Shown: in pieces, positions 1 to 9,335 of the stretch
Numbering within the stretch: position 1 is the first letter of the stretch
How the letters are laid out: every line of letters starts with the position of its first letter
From: Kiritimatiellia bacterium
GTDB taxonomy: Bacteria > Verrucomicrobiota > Kiritimatiellia > RFP12 > DVOR01
Direction of reading: 5' to 3'
Length of the DNA: 64,000 nt
Assembly (NCBI GenBank): GCA_036651955.1
Contig: JAVVWU010000001.1
Location: forward strand, 24,932-88,931
Notes under the pieces: generated by a model
Told to the model about the DNA's origin: nothing
What the model saw: only the letters and a program-made list of their open reading frames with translations
Database searches by the model: none
Translations under genes and position numbers: made by a program

Positions 1-852
1 ACGATTCCACATGGCATGAAGGCTCACAGAAGAACCGTCTTTCGTGTATGCGACGAGTTCCTCAGGAACTACGGTAAAGGCACACCGTACGCCGGTAAAC
101 CCTGCCTTCTTTGAGAATGAACGGAACTCAATGGCACACGTTTTCGCACCGTCTATCTCATAAATGGAATGAGGCAACGATGGATCACGAATAAACGCTT
201 CATACGCCGCATCAAAAAGAATCAAAGCTTTGTTTGCACGTGCATAGTCCACCCACGCTTGAAGCTGTTCGCGCGTTGCCGTTGCGCCCGTAGGATTATT
301 GGGGAAACAAAGATAAATCAAATCGACCGCTTCGGCAGGTGGCGCGGGGACAAAGCCATTGTCTGCATGACTTTCCAAATAACACAGCCCTTCATACCGT
401 CCTTCTTTTGCAATCCCGGTACGCCCAGCCATCACGTTCGTATCCACATAGACGGGATAAACAGGATCTGGAATGGCAATACAAAGCGTTTGCGCAAAAA
501 GCTCTTGTATGTTGGCACAATCACATTTAGAACCGTCACTGACAAAAATTTCGGAAGGTTGAATCGCACATCCACGCGCTTGATAATCGTGCCGCGCAAT
601 CGCTTCACGCAAAAAGGCGTATCCCTGTTCGGGACCATAGCCACGGAAAGTCGCTTCAACCGCCATTTCATCAACGGCTTTGTGCATCGCCGCCACACAC
701 GCCGGAGCGAGCGGCAACGTCACATCACCAATCCCCAATCGGATAATCTCTGCCGTCGGATTTTCTGCCTGATAGGCTTTGACCCGTTTCGCGATTTCAG
801 AGAAAAGATACGAGGCTTGCAACTTAGCAAAGTTTTCATTTACAGGAATCAT
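1..852 (-). CDS. dapL: LL-diaminopimelate aminotransferase, C-terminal part lies beyond the window start
   Basis: Reverse-strand translation from ATG at 852 gives [45 protein letters not shown]...[10 protein letters not shown]...SDGSKCD, the characteristic DapL N-terminus. The open frame continues to the window edge. The listed + strand ORF 169-1122 is its shadow. Confidence 0.8.
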   Translation of the reverse strand, partial: MIPVNENFAKLQASYLFSEIAKRVKAYQAENPTAEIIRLGIGDVTLPLAPACVAAMHKAVDEMAVEATFRGYGPEQGYAFLREAIARHDYQARGCAIQPSEIFVSDGSKCDCANIQELFAQTLCIAIPDPVYPVYVDTNVMAGRTGIAKEGRYEGLCYLESHADNGFVPAPPAEAVDLIYLCFPNNPTGATATREQLQAWVDYARANKALILFDAAYEAFIRDPSLPHSIYEIDGAKTCAIEFRSFSKKAGFTGVRCAFTVVPEELVAYTKDGSSVSLHAMWNR

Positions 853-913
853 AAGAGCCTTTTCAATAAAAGAAACTGCGTGTCGAAACGCCGCCACGCA
901 TTCGACCTATCGG

Positions 914-1834
914 TCATCGTGTTTGAGTATAAAGAGGCGTCAAAATCCAACGGCGGTTATACCAGAACCATTGTTCCGGCTTCGCACGAATTTCCGCTTC
1001 AAAGAGATTCCAGACAGACTGTGAGAGCCGCACCATATCCGCGTCAACTTCAGCTTCTAAATCCGAGTATAACGGTTCACAAAGACGAATTATATGATGC
1101 GACGCATCCAATCGTTCCATAAAGAGAGGCACAATCGGAACATTCGCCATTCGCGCGAATTTCGCCATCCCTTTCCCTAATTGGACATCAGGCTTGCCGA
1201 ATACCGTCACACTCACACCGGGTTTGTTATGCCGGACATCTGGCAATATGGCAAACGCACCGCCACTTTTAAGATGATGCGCAATCCGGATAAAAGAGCT
1301 CGGACGCCGCCGATCTGCAGCCTCAAATTCACCGAGTCGATTCCGACAAAGCCATTTTTCAACAAGCGGATTATTTTGTGCCCGTGCCAGCGCCATGAGA
1401 GGAATACCAAAACTGCCACACGCAATTCCGGCAAAATCCCAGTTCCCCATATGTGGAAGCGCAAGCACCGCACCACCATGTTTGGCAATAATGGCACGTA
1501 ATTTTTCCCGCGCCTCCTCACATCCTTGAAGATGTGTAAGGAGATAATCATCATTCATCTTTCCGGCGTGCATGATTTCGACATAGTTCATCACCATGTT
1601 CCAAATCGAAACGCGCGCAATGCAACGAATCTTTTTCACAGGGAAATCGGCACCAAAAACTTCGCGCATCCGCGAAACCGTTTCACGTTTTAACGGCCAG
1701 TAAAAACAAAAGAAAATGCGGAAGAAAGCAGAAACAATAGCTCCAAGCACTGCAATCGGAATAAGGCAAACCGTCATCTGAGCGGAACGCAGAATTGCGT
1801 ACTCCAACAGATGCCTGAAACTGTATTTTTTCAT
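914..1834 (-). CDS. lipid A biosynthesis lauroyl/myristoyl acyltransferase (LpxL/HtrB family)
   Basis: 306 aa with an N-terminal TM segment and an acyltransferase-like core (HMGNWD, ILPD). Stop at 914 and ATG at 1832-1834. Confidence 0.75.
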   Translation of the reverse strand: MKKYSFRHLLEYAILRSAQMTVCLIPIAVLGAIVSAFFRIFFCFYWPLKRETVSRMREVFGADFPVKKIRCIARVSIWNMVMNYVEIMHAGKMNDDYLLTHLQGCEEAREKLRAIIAKHGGAVLALPHMGNWDFAGIACGSFGIPLMALARAQNNPLVEKWLCRNRLGEFEAADRRRPSSFIRIAHHLKSGGAFAILPDVRHNKPGVSVTVFGKPDVQLGKGMAKFARMANVPIVPLFMERLDASHHIIRLCEPLYSDLEAEVDADMVRLSQSVWNLFEAEIRAKPEQWFWYNRRWILTPLYTQTR

Positions 1835-1839
1835 GTAAA

Positions 1840-2274
1840 TTACTTACTTCCGACCGAGGCAATGAGATCAATTACATCTTGTCGTGTGGCATTCGCGAGA
1901 TCCGCCGCTTCTTGTAAAGTTTCAACGCGCGCTTTTACTGCCAATAATGTTTTACGATAATCGGCAATGAGCTCCATCATACTCGCAATCTTGTCGCCCA
2001 TCTGTTGTGCGGCGGATTCCGCCTTTACCAACATACGGCGTGTTTGAAGCAGCTGTTGAAGAAGCTCTCCCGGATCACAATCCAAATCCTCAAGGTGCAT
2101 CCCCTCTGGAATCGGAGCTTGAATAATGGAACCACAGGAAGGACAGGGTACTTGAAGACCTGCCGCACGATAATCCACGACTAAGTTATGCCCGCAATGC
2201 GGACAGTCAAATACAATGTCAGTGGGCATAATCTCAACGTCTTGAGCCTCGTCTTGATTCTCTTCATCGTTCAT
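1840..2274 (-). CDS. hypothetical double zinc-ribbon plus coiled-coil protein
   Basis: 144 aa with CPHCGHNL...(14)...CPSCGSII followed by a heptad-rich C-terminus. An AGGAGG RBS sits before the ATG. Confidence 0.55.
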   Translation of the reverse strand: MNDEENQDEAQDVEIMPTDIVFDCPHCGHNLVVDYRAAGLQVPCPSCGSIIQAPIPEGMHLEDLDCDPGELLQQLLQTRRMLVKAESAAQQMGDKIASMMELIADYRKTLLAVKARVETLQEAADLANATRQDVIDLIASVGSK

Positions 2275-2418
2275 AGCAAGCCTCCTAAAGATTGACGCAA
2301 GTCTAACAAACTTGGCAAGGTTCGTGCAACTCTAAGATTGCGTAGCAGGTCTCTCGCCTACCTCTTCTTTACTTATCGGCATCTATCACCGCGCCATCAG
2401 ACTAGTGACGCAGCGCCG

Positions 2419-4380
2419 TCAGCAGTGTGTGTATGTATGTGTTCTGTATGGGGGGGGGGGCTCTAGCCCACACGTTGTATCCAAAACACCCCCTGTTGTT
2501 GTAAACCGGCTTACGGTAACGTTATGTTCCGAACAAAAAGCACGAATTTCCGCCTCACGTTCCACGCCAATCGCCGCCGACGTTAAAATCAAATGCGTAG
2601 GACGAAGTTTTGCAAACACTCGCGATGATTTCAACTCTTCCAACGGCCCCAAAACAGGAAGATCGCGGAAAACGCGTCCGCGCATCGAAAGATTGTCCTC
2701 AAGAATACCTACCAGTGCTATGTTGTTACACGTCACATTGTATTCAAAGAACGTAATGTAGGCACGCAGATTCACTCCTGCCCCATAAAAAAGGATACGT
2801 TCAATCGTTGGGTTCGAAAGCGATTGCCGACGAAGACGATTATTTTCGACACCAGCAAGATATTGCAGAAATACCGTTTTCCCATGACGCACAAACAATA
2901 GAGGCAAAGGTAAAAGAAACGCCCATAAGATATGAAACGTCAGAAGGGAGTGCGCCAATTCCGGACGTGCAAAATTAAGTCCCATCTGCGAAATAAAGGA
3001 GCCAAATAAAATCGCAAAAACCAATTGATAACTATCCTTACGCGTACTCCGTTCCCAAATTCGCGTGTAACATCGTGCCAATACTAAGCAGACGATTACG
3101 GGAACAATAAAGGTCAACACAATATTCAGAAGCGTCATCGTTGAGAGGTATTCTGATGGTAGATTGAGCGCTGGAAGCATATGTAAAGAACAGAAAAGTC
3201 CCACCATAATCATCAAGTCCAAAACGGCATAGATAATTACAGCAACACTCCGACGCCCCACACTCACGGAAGGGCGTGTCAATAATCGTCCGGCATCCCA
3301 AATTTCCACATTGGTCATTGCCCGAACAACCACATAGGCAAACGCCATAAATCCCACCAGGAAAATAGAGGCTTTATATTCTTTTACACACACCACGAGA
3401 AATCCAATCGCGACCAAAAAAGACGCAAGACCGTAAAGACACCAGACCGCCAAACGTTGATTATTCCCCAACCAAAGCAAAAAACGATGATGGAAATGAT
3501 CGCAATCCGCCGTCATTACCGCCGACGTTTTATCATTTCTGACAGGATTCAGAAAATATCGTAACGTTCGCCGTACAATCGCCAGTAACGTATCCATCAG
3601 CGGGATTCCCAAACACAGCAGCGGCACTCCAATCGTCACAATCAACGCCTCTTGATTATAGGTGCGCAATGCGATTGTCGCCAAAAAGGTTCCTAGAAAA
3701 AGCGATCCAGTATCACCCAAGAAAATCGATGCGGGATTATAGTTATAACGCAAAAATCCCAACAAGACACCGATGAAAATTACCGAAACAAAAAGGATAT
3801 TGCGTTCTCCATTCGTAAAGATCACAACACCACAAAGTCCAATGGTTGCAATAATGGAGAGCCCGGAAGATAAACCATCCAACCCGTCAATCAAATTAAA
3901 GGCATTCACAATACCGACATACCACAACACCGTCAAAGGGACGTAGACCCATGGCGAATGTCCGAAGCTTCCGAAAATCGACTCCGGCAAAATAAATTGT
4001 GTACCACTGTAGCAGAAGAAAAGTGCCACCGCAATTTGTACAACCAATTTTATGGGTGCCGAAACACCTTTTACATCATCCCAAAAACCGGTCGCTGACA
4101 TCACTAAAGCGCCGATCGTGAACGGAATTAAAATATCAAGAAACGGTTGCTTCTCAATGAGTTCAGGAAAAAAATGAATGAGACCGAACGTCACAATAAA
4201 AAAAGAAGCCACGACCGCTACACCGCCACCACGCGGAATGGGGATTTTATTGATGCGCCGTTCCGAGGGAATATCTACCGCATTTAGTTTTCGCATCATC
4301 CACCGCACAATCGGTGTCAATACCAACGACAAAACAATCGATGCCAGACCAAGAACCAACAATTTCAAAAAAAAGATCAT
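2419..4380 (-). CDS. WecA/MraY-family undecaprenyl-phosphate sugar-1-phosphate transferase fused to a C-terminal Rossmann-like (sugar-transferase N-terminal type) domain
   Basis: 653 aa with multiple TM segments, FWDDVKG and NLIDGLDGL motifs typical of GT4 MraY/WecA. The C-terminus (ILFYGAGVNL...VLGPLEEL) resembles the CoA-binding domain of WbaP-like transferases. The ORF ends in a PPPP tail encoded by the poly-C tract. Confidence 0.75.
   Translation of the reverse strand: MIFFLKLLVLGLASIVLSLVLTPIVRWMMRKLNAVDIPSERRINKIPIPRGGGVAVVASFFIVTFGLIHFFPELIEKQPFLDILIPFTIGALVMSATGFWDDVKGVSAPIKLVVQIAVALFFCYSGTQFILPESIFGSFGHSPWVYVPLTVLWYVGIVNAFNLIDGLDGLSSGLSIIATIGLCGVVIFTNGERNILFVSVIFIGVLLGFLRYNYNPASIFLGDTGSLFLGTFLATIALRTYNQEALIVTIGVPLLCLGIPLMDTLLAIVRRTLRYFLNPVRNDKTSAVMTADCDHFHHRFLLWLGNNQRLAVWCLYGLASFLVAIGFLVVCVKEYKASIFLVGFMAFAYVVVRAMTNVEIWDAGRLLTRPSVSVGRRSVAVIIYAVLDLMIMVGLFCSLHMLPALNLPSEYLSTMTLLNIVLTFIVPVIVCLVLARCYTRIWERSTRKDSYQLVFAILFGSFISQMGLNFARPELAHSLLTFHILWAFLLPLPLLFVRHGKTVFLQYLAGVENNRLRRQSLSNPTIERILFYGAGVNLRAYITFFEYNVTCNNIALVGILEDNLSMRGRVFRDLPVLGPLEELKSSRVFAKLRPTHLILTSAAIGVEREAEIRAFCSEHNVTVSRFTTTGGVLDTTCGLEPPPPYRTHTYTHC
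2425..2460. repeat. simple-sequence tract: TG/TA microsatellite followed by an 11-nt poly-G (poly-C on the coding strand)
   Basis: tgtgtgtatgtatgtgttctgtatg then g x11 at 2450-2460, read directly. It lies in the last 14 codons of the glycosyltransferase ORF and about 175 bp upstream of the zinc-ribbon gene start. Confidence 0.9.
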
Positions 4381-5477
4381 TATCTAGCCTCCTCAAGAAG
4401 TTCAAGAACCTCATCCATAATTTCAACTTTTATTCCACGCCCAGAAGGCAAACAAATTCCACGCTTAAAAAGCATTGCATCTATTTCCGTTCCAAACGCT
4501 TCCATTTTTTCAAAGACCGGTTGCAATACCATTGGCTTCCAGAGTGGACGCGCTTCAATGCCACGTTTCGCCAAAACTTCCGTTGCCACCAAAGGATCAC
4601 AACCATCCAATAACGCCACCGTCAACCATCGATTCGGCGTTCCATACGCCGCCGTCGGCATCGGAGAAATCCAAGAATGTGAGACAAACCGTTCATTCCA
4701 TGCTTCCCAAACCTGCGCTTTATCATGCAAAGCCTCATCCAAGTGACGCAGCTGCGCCCAACCGACTGCCGCCGGAATATTGCCCATCCGCCCATGTGTC
4801 CCGACACAACGATGTTCATACCATGCCACCGGTTCCCGTGCCTGACACGCCAACGAACGACATTTTACCATCAATGCGCGATCCGAAGAGAGCAAAAGCC
4901 CTCCACCACCCGACGTAATAATTTTATTGCCATTCAGCGAGTAAACCGTTGCCCACGCCCCCACACCACTCGCCCGTCCCCGATAAGTTGCACCGACCGA
5001 TTCTGCGGCATCGGAAATCAACTTTACACCATAAGCCTCGCACAAAGAAATCAGCGCGTCCAAATCACAACTCTGCCCATACAAATCGGTCGCAATTACT
5101 GCGCGTGCACGCGGATGCGCTTTCAACGCACACTCCAAAAGTGTGGGTGACATCGTCCATGTAGACGGTTCACTTCCCACGAAAATCGGCGTCGCACCTA
5201 ACGTCACAAAAGGAGCAACCGAAGCAATAAAAGTGAGATTACTGGCAATGACTTCATCACCTGAACGAATCTCCATTGCTCTGGCAATCAGCTCCAGTGC
5301 CATCGTCCCCGACACTGTCGCCAAAACATCTGTAAATCCAAACCGCCGCGCCGCCTCCTGTTCCAAGGCGTCCACCATCGGACCACACGGCGCAATGTAG
5401 TTACTATCAAACGCAGCAGCGACCGCCTCACGTTCGGCAGTACCATTCATCCACGGAGGTGACAGAAACACTCTCAT
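4380..5477 (-). CDS. DegT/DnrJ/EryC1/StrS-family PLP-dependent sugar aminotransferase
   Basis: 365 aa with the SLNGNKIITSGGGG motif (PLP lysine) and fold-type I aminotransferase layout. Sits beside the sugar transferase. Confidence 0.85.
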   Translation of the reverse strand: MRVFLSPPWMNGTAEREAVAAAFDSNYIAPCGPMVDALEQEAARRFGFTDVLATVSGTMALELIARAMEIRSGDEVIASNLTFIASVAPFVTLGATPIFVGSEPSTWTMSPTLLECALKAHPRARAVIATDLYGQSCDLDALISLCEAYGVKLISDAAESVGATYRGRASGVGAWATVYSLNGNKIITSGGGGLLLSSDRALMVKCRSLACQAREPVAWYEHRCVGTHGRMGNIPAAVGWAQLRHLDEALHDKAQVWEAWNERFVSHSWISPMPTAAYGTPNRWLTVALLDGCDPLVATEVLAKRGIEARPLWKPMVLQPVFEKMEAFGTEIDAMLFKRGICLPSGRGIKVEIMDEVLELLEEAR

Positions 5478-5482
5478 CTTAT

Positions 5483-6256
5483 TTATTCTCCAGCGGAGAC
5501 CGGAAGCTTCTTAAATGAATAAAAGAGAATACCAAGATATTCTTTAACGTAATACGCACTTGACCCCATCGCTTCGGGTGATGGCAATCGCTGCCATAAG
5601 GGGGCGCGTTTTGCATTGTCCCTTGCAAGCGTCGCTTCATAATCACAGCCGACAGGAATAAATTCAATGCCGGGATAACGAAACAACATCATCGTCCGTG
5701 GCAAATGCCATGACGAGGTCACCACCAGCACCTTTTGACATTTCCGCGTTCGTAGCAAAGTAAACGTACGCAATGCATTCTCTTCCGTATTCCGTGACGC
5801 ATTCTCACATAAAATAGCAGCGCTCGGCACACCCATCGCCTCAAAGAAAAGCTTCTCTGATTTCATCGCACCCGCGCCAGAAGGAATAATGATAGGCGCC
5901 TTTTTTGCGTACCACAATCGCACCGCCATCACGGCACGATCCGACGACATATAACATTCTGGATACGGCACCATGTCCGTCACCGCTCCAATGCCACCGC
6001 CCAAAACGATAATCGCATCCGCCTGCGGAATATCTTTCAACGCAATCGGCGGGAATTTCTTTTCCAAAGAATATCCCAGTTTGATTGAAAGCGCAGGCAA
6101 AGCTGCCACAATAAGAAAAAGATCAATCAATACTAAAACAATCACCGGCTTCCACTGACGACGAAGCATCAACCAAAGACTTATCCCCGCCAGTGCAAAC
6201 AGCACCACCGAAAAAGGCATACAGCACCACGTCAAATACTTCGTTAATGCAAACAT
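5483..6256 (-). CDS. DUF218 (YdcF/ElyC/SanA-like) membrane-anchored protein
   Basis: 257 aa with an N-terminal TM helix and an IIVLGGG motif typical of DUF218. Confidence 0.65.
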   Translation of the reverse strand: MFALTKYLTWCCMPFSVVLFALAGISLWLMLRRQWKPVIVLVLIDLFLIVAALPALSIKLGYSLEKKFPPIALKDIPQADAIIVLGGGIGAVTDMVPYPECYMSSDRAVMAVRLWYAKKAPIIIPSGAGAMKSEKLFFEAMGVPSAAILCENASRNTEENALRTFTLLRTRKCQKVLVVTSSWHLPRTMMLFRYPGIEFIPVGCDYEATLARDNAKRAPLWQRLPSPEAMGSSAYYVKEYLGILFYSFKKLPVSAGE

Positions 6257-6888
6257 TATTCTGCGTTCCTTTCACGCATACGATGCAACAAAACAGCCAA
6301 ACTCACCGCGAGATCTTCTCGTTGCACCAAGACCGTCTCAGGAACGTCCAACTGCACCGGCGTAAAATTCCAAATTGCTTTGACACCGCCCGCCACCAAC
6401 TGTTCCGCCACGCGCTGTGCGCGATCTGCCGGCACAGTCAAAATGCCCAACGTCGCTCCCATCCGCGATACAGTCTCTGTCAATGTATTGACGGGGAATA
6501 CAGGAACACCTGCAAGAATAATATTACAGCGCTCCGGCATAGCATCAAATCCGGCGGCGATACTCAATCCCTGACGACGAAACCCCGGATATCCTAATAA
6601 TGCCGATCCTAACTTACCGACACCCACTAATACTGCCGTCATTTCTGCATCGGCTCCGGTGAGCCGTTCCAGTTCGGGAATTAACCGTTCAATTGAAAAG
6701 CCGACCCGTGGTGTACCGCGAACGCCAGTGCGAGCCAAATCTTTTCGCACCACAATCGGATCCAATCCTAACGTGCGTGCGAGTTCCACGCCCGAAACCG
6801 ACGTTGCCCCTTTAGCCGCCCAACTGCGAAGGGTGCGCAAATAAAGAGGAAGTCGTTGCAATACGGGCGTTCCAAGATTCATAAACAC
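6256..6888 (-). CDS. rex: redox-sensing transcriptional repressor Rex
   Basis: 210 aa with a winged-helix N-terminus and a Rossmann motif GVGKLG. Length and motifs match Rex. Confidence 0.8.
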   Translation of the reverse strand: MFMNLGTPVLQRLPLYLRTLRSWAAKGATSVSGVELARTLGLDPIVVRKDLARTGVRGTPRVGFSIERLIPELERLTGADAEMTAVLVGVGKLGSALLGYPGFRRQGLSIAAGFDAMPERCNIILAGVPVFPVNTLTETVSRMGATLGILTVPADRAQRVAEQLVAGGVKAIWNFTPVQLDVPETVLVQREDLAVSLAVLLHRMRERNAE

Positions 6889-6928
6889 ACCTCAAAGAAA
6901 CGATCGCGGAAAGACGTGCTTTTCAAAT

Positions 6929-8299
6929 TCAAACGTTCGCCTCTTCCGCTTCAGATGTTGTCTCTTCCACGGGAATTGATTCGGCAACCGTCTCAGAAGC
7001 TGTAGTAAGCGCTGACTCCGCCTCTGTTTCCGGCAGGACGCTCTCCTCCGCGGGCGCCTCCATCAAGGCGCATTCACGCACTTCATATCCGAGCAAACGA
7101 CAATCAAGCGGTCCATTCATAAAGGGATGAATGGCACACGTTTGCAAGTTGATTTTGAGCGATAACGCCTTGGATGCCGTAATCACCCATGCCATCCAAC
7201 CGGCAGGCACCGTGTTTTTCAACCACGTCCCAATTTCCTCATACAGCGGTTCTAACGTCACATCGTCTTCCAACCGCTCGCCATACGGCGGATTCATAAA
7301 AATGATTCCTGTCTGTTGTGGCAACGGTGTATCGGTGAAATCTTCCGCGAAGAATTTAATGTTCTTGTCCACGCCTGCAGTTTCAGCGTTCTTAATAGAA
7401 ATCACGACCGCTCCATCCGCCACGTCCACGCCGAGAATCAACGGTAACGAGGGATCATCCGCCGGCAATTCCGCCGCACGTGCCTGAACGACCATGTTTT
7501 TCCAAATCTCTTGAGGCGCAGCACCGAAGCGCTTCCGCACACTTTCGCCTGCGGTCTCGCCGGGAATAATATTTGTCCATCCCTTGAGTTGCATAAAGGC
7601 AAATGCGTTGTGGAACTTTCCGGGAGCAATGTGTCGCGCCATCAATGCCGCTTCGATTGCAGGCGTTCCGGAACCGCAGAAGGGAACGATGAAGGGACGT
7701 TTACAATCCCAACCCGATGCCATAATACAAGCCGCCGCCAATGATTCTTGCATCGGCGCAAGCCAGCCCTCTTTGCGGTAACCGCGACGAGACAACGTAT
7801 TGCCAGTCGTATCAATATAAATCTTCGCGTGTTCTCCCTCCCAGTGAAGAAAAACCGCCGCCGCATCATCTTCACGAGAAATATTGGGACGACGTGAACA
7901 GCGTTCGCGAATACGATCCACAATCGCGTCTTTGAGCTTCAACGTAGGCATCCGCGAATCAAATATCGTCTCGTTCTTCGTCGCATTCGTGATAAAGAAC
8001 GGTTTATCAGGATCCAGAATTTGTTCCCACGGCGCATCAACGCCGAGATGATACAAATCCATCAAATCGCGGCAGTTGGAACTCTGCACAAACGGCCACA
8101 ACACACGTTGCGCCGTACGCAAATGCAGATTAAGGCGAAAAATATCACGACAGGCGTTAGTCGCTTGAATACCGACCATCGTGTCTTTGACACCTAGAAT
8201 TTCATATCCCATCGCTTCCAGTTCCTGCTTGAGATACGGCGCAATGCCGCGTCCGCAAGTGACGGCGAGGGGGGTGGGGCTTGTCCAAAGGTTACGCAT
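6929..8299 (-). CDS. THUMP-domain class I SAM-dependent RNA methyltransferase (RlmL/RlmK-like) with an acidic C-terminal tail
   Basis: THUMP-like N-terminus and an MTase core with an NPPYGERL motif. Probable start MRNLW at 8299; the longer listed ORF overlaps rmuC. The last ~45 aa are rich in E, T, S and A. Confidence 0.75.
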   Translation of the reverse strand: MRNLWTSPTPLAVTCGRGIAPYLKQELEAMGYEILGVKDTMVGIQATNACRDIFRLNLHLRTAQRVLWPFVQSSNCRDLMDLYHLGVDAPWEQILDPDKPFFITNATKNETIFDSRMPTLKLKDAIVDRIRERCSRRPNISREDDAAAVFLHWEGEHAKIYIDTTGNTLSRRGYRKEGWLAPMQESLAAACIMASGWDCKRPFIVPFCGSGTPAIEAALMARHIAPGKFHNAFAFMQLKGWTNIIPGETAGESVRKRFGAAPQEIWKNMVVQARAAELPADDPSLPLILGVDVADGAVVISIKNAETAGVDKNIKFFAEDFTDTPLPQQTGIIFMNPPYGERLEDDVTLEPLYEEIGTWLKNTVPAGWMAWVITASKALSLKINLQTCAIHPFMNGPLDCRLLGYEVRECALMEAPAEESVLPETEAESALTTASETVAESIPVEETTSEAEEANV

Positions 8300-9335
8300 G
8301 TTCTTCCTCTTCGGGGATCTCCACTTTTTGCAAACGTTTCCGCATAAGATCCACACGGGAACGCGCCTCGTTGGTAGCCTTCGTGGCCTCGGCGAGTTTT
8401 TTATCCATTGCATCACACGCATCGACAAACTTGTCGAGCTGTGCTTTTACATCTGACATCAACCGCCACACTTCCGTGGCACGGCGTTGCACCGCAAGCG
8501 TCGTAAATCCCGCCTGCAAAGCATCAATCACCGCACCAATTGTGGCAGGTCCTGCTAATAAAATGCGTTTCTTACGGAAATCTGCAAAGGTTGCTTCATC
8601 TTGCATAATTTCCAAATACAGTCCCTCGGTAGGAACAAAAAGAACGGCAAAATTCGTTGTATACGGCGGCGCAATATAATCTTTCACTTGCGTGGCAAAC
8701 AGTCGCATAGAAGTCATCAACGCACTGCGCTCACGTTCGACCCCGACCTCATCGCCCGCCTTGGCACAAGTGACCATCCGTTCATATTCTTCTTTAGGAA
8801 ACTTAGCATCCATTGGCAAATAGACCGGCTTCCCCTCTTCTGTTCCGGGCAAAGCAATCGCAAATTCGACAATCTTCTGACTTCGCGGATTAGGCTTCAC
8901 ATTGCGGACGAACTGCCCCGGCGCAAGCATATCTTCCAGCAGCTGCCCGAGTTGCCACTCACCCCACGTCCCACGCGTTTTTACATTCCCCAGTAATCGG
9001 CTAAAGCTCGCCACCCCCTGTGACAGTGCATCCACATTCCGTAACTTCTCCTCCATGGCAGCAAGCGAACTTTGCAACTCTTTCCGTTGCGTTGCCGCCA
9101 ATTGCGCTTCATTTCCTTCTAACGTCGCAAGGCGTTGCGTGCTCTTCATTTCTAACGCCGCAAGCTGTTCCGTCAAATGAGCGCGAATACGATTTTCAGC
9201 TTGTGCCAAAGCTTCGGGCGTAGCAGACTCCGGCAGTTCAATCTTTGGACGGCGCAAAAGTGTCACGAGCAATACGACCACTGCGACTAACAGCAGAAGC
9301 CCTACGCCAAGACCTACGGAAAAAAGAATCTCCAT
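8292..9335 (-). CDS. rmuC: DNA recombination protein RmuC
   Basis: 347 aa with an N-terminal TM segment, a long coiled-coil and a conserved RmuC C-terminal region (FVPTEGLYLE). Confidence 0.8.
   Translation of the reverse strand: MEILFSVGLGVGLLLLVAVVVLLVTLLRRPKIELPESATPEALAQAENRIRAHLTEQLAALEMKSTQRLATLEGNEAQLAATQRKELQSSLAAMEEKLRNVDALSQGVASFSRLLGNVKTRGTWGEWQLGQLLEDMLAPGQFVRNVKPNPRSQKIVEFAIALPGTEEGKPVYLPMDAKFPKEEYERMVTCAKAGDEVGVERERSALMTSMRLFATQVKDYIAPPYTTNFAVLFVPTEGLYLEIMQDEATFADFRKKRILLAGPATIGAVIDALQAGFTTLAVQRRATEVWRLMSDVKAQLDKFVDACDAMDKKLAEATKATNEARSRVDLMRKRLQKVEIPEEEEHA

Noticed and set aside
169-1122. 317-aa + strand ORF at the window start
   Set aside because: It is Arg-rich and low-complexity. 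It lies antisense to a reverse-strand frame that translates into a clear DapL homologue, so it is a shadow ORF.
8269-8282. G6-T-G4 tract near the THUMP methyltransferase start
   Set aside because: The run is interrupted and short, and it encodes conserved residues (SPTPLA). Slippage potential is low compared with the G11 tract at 2450.
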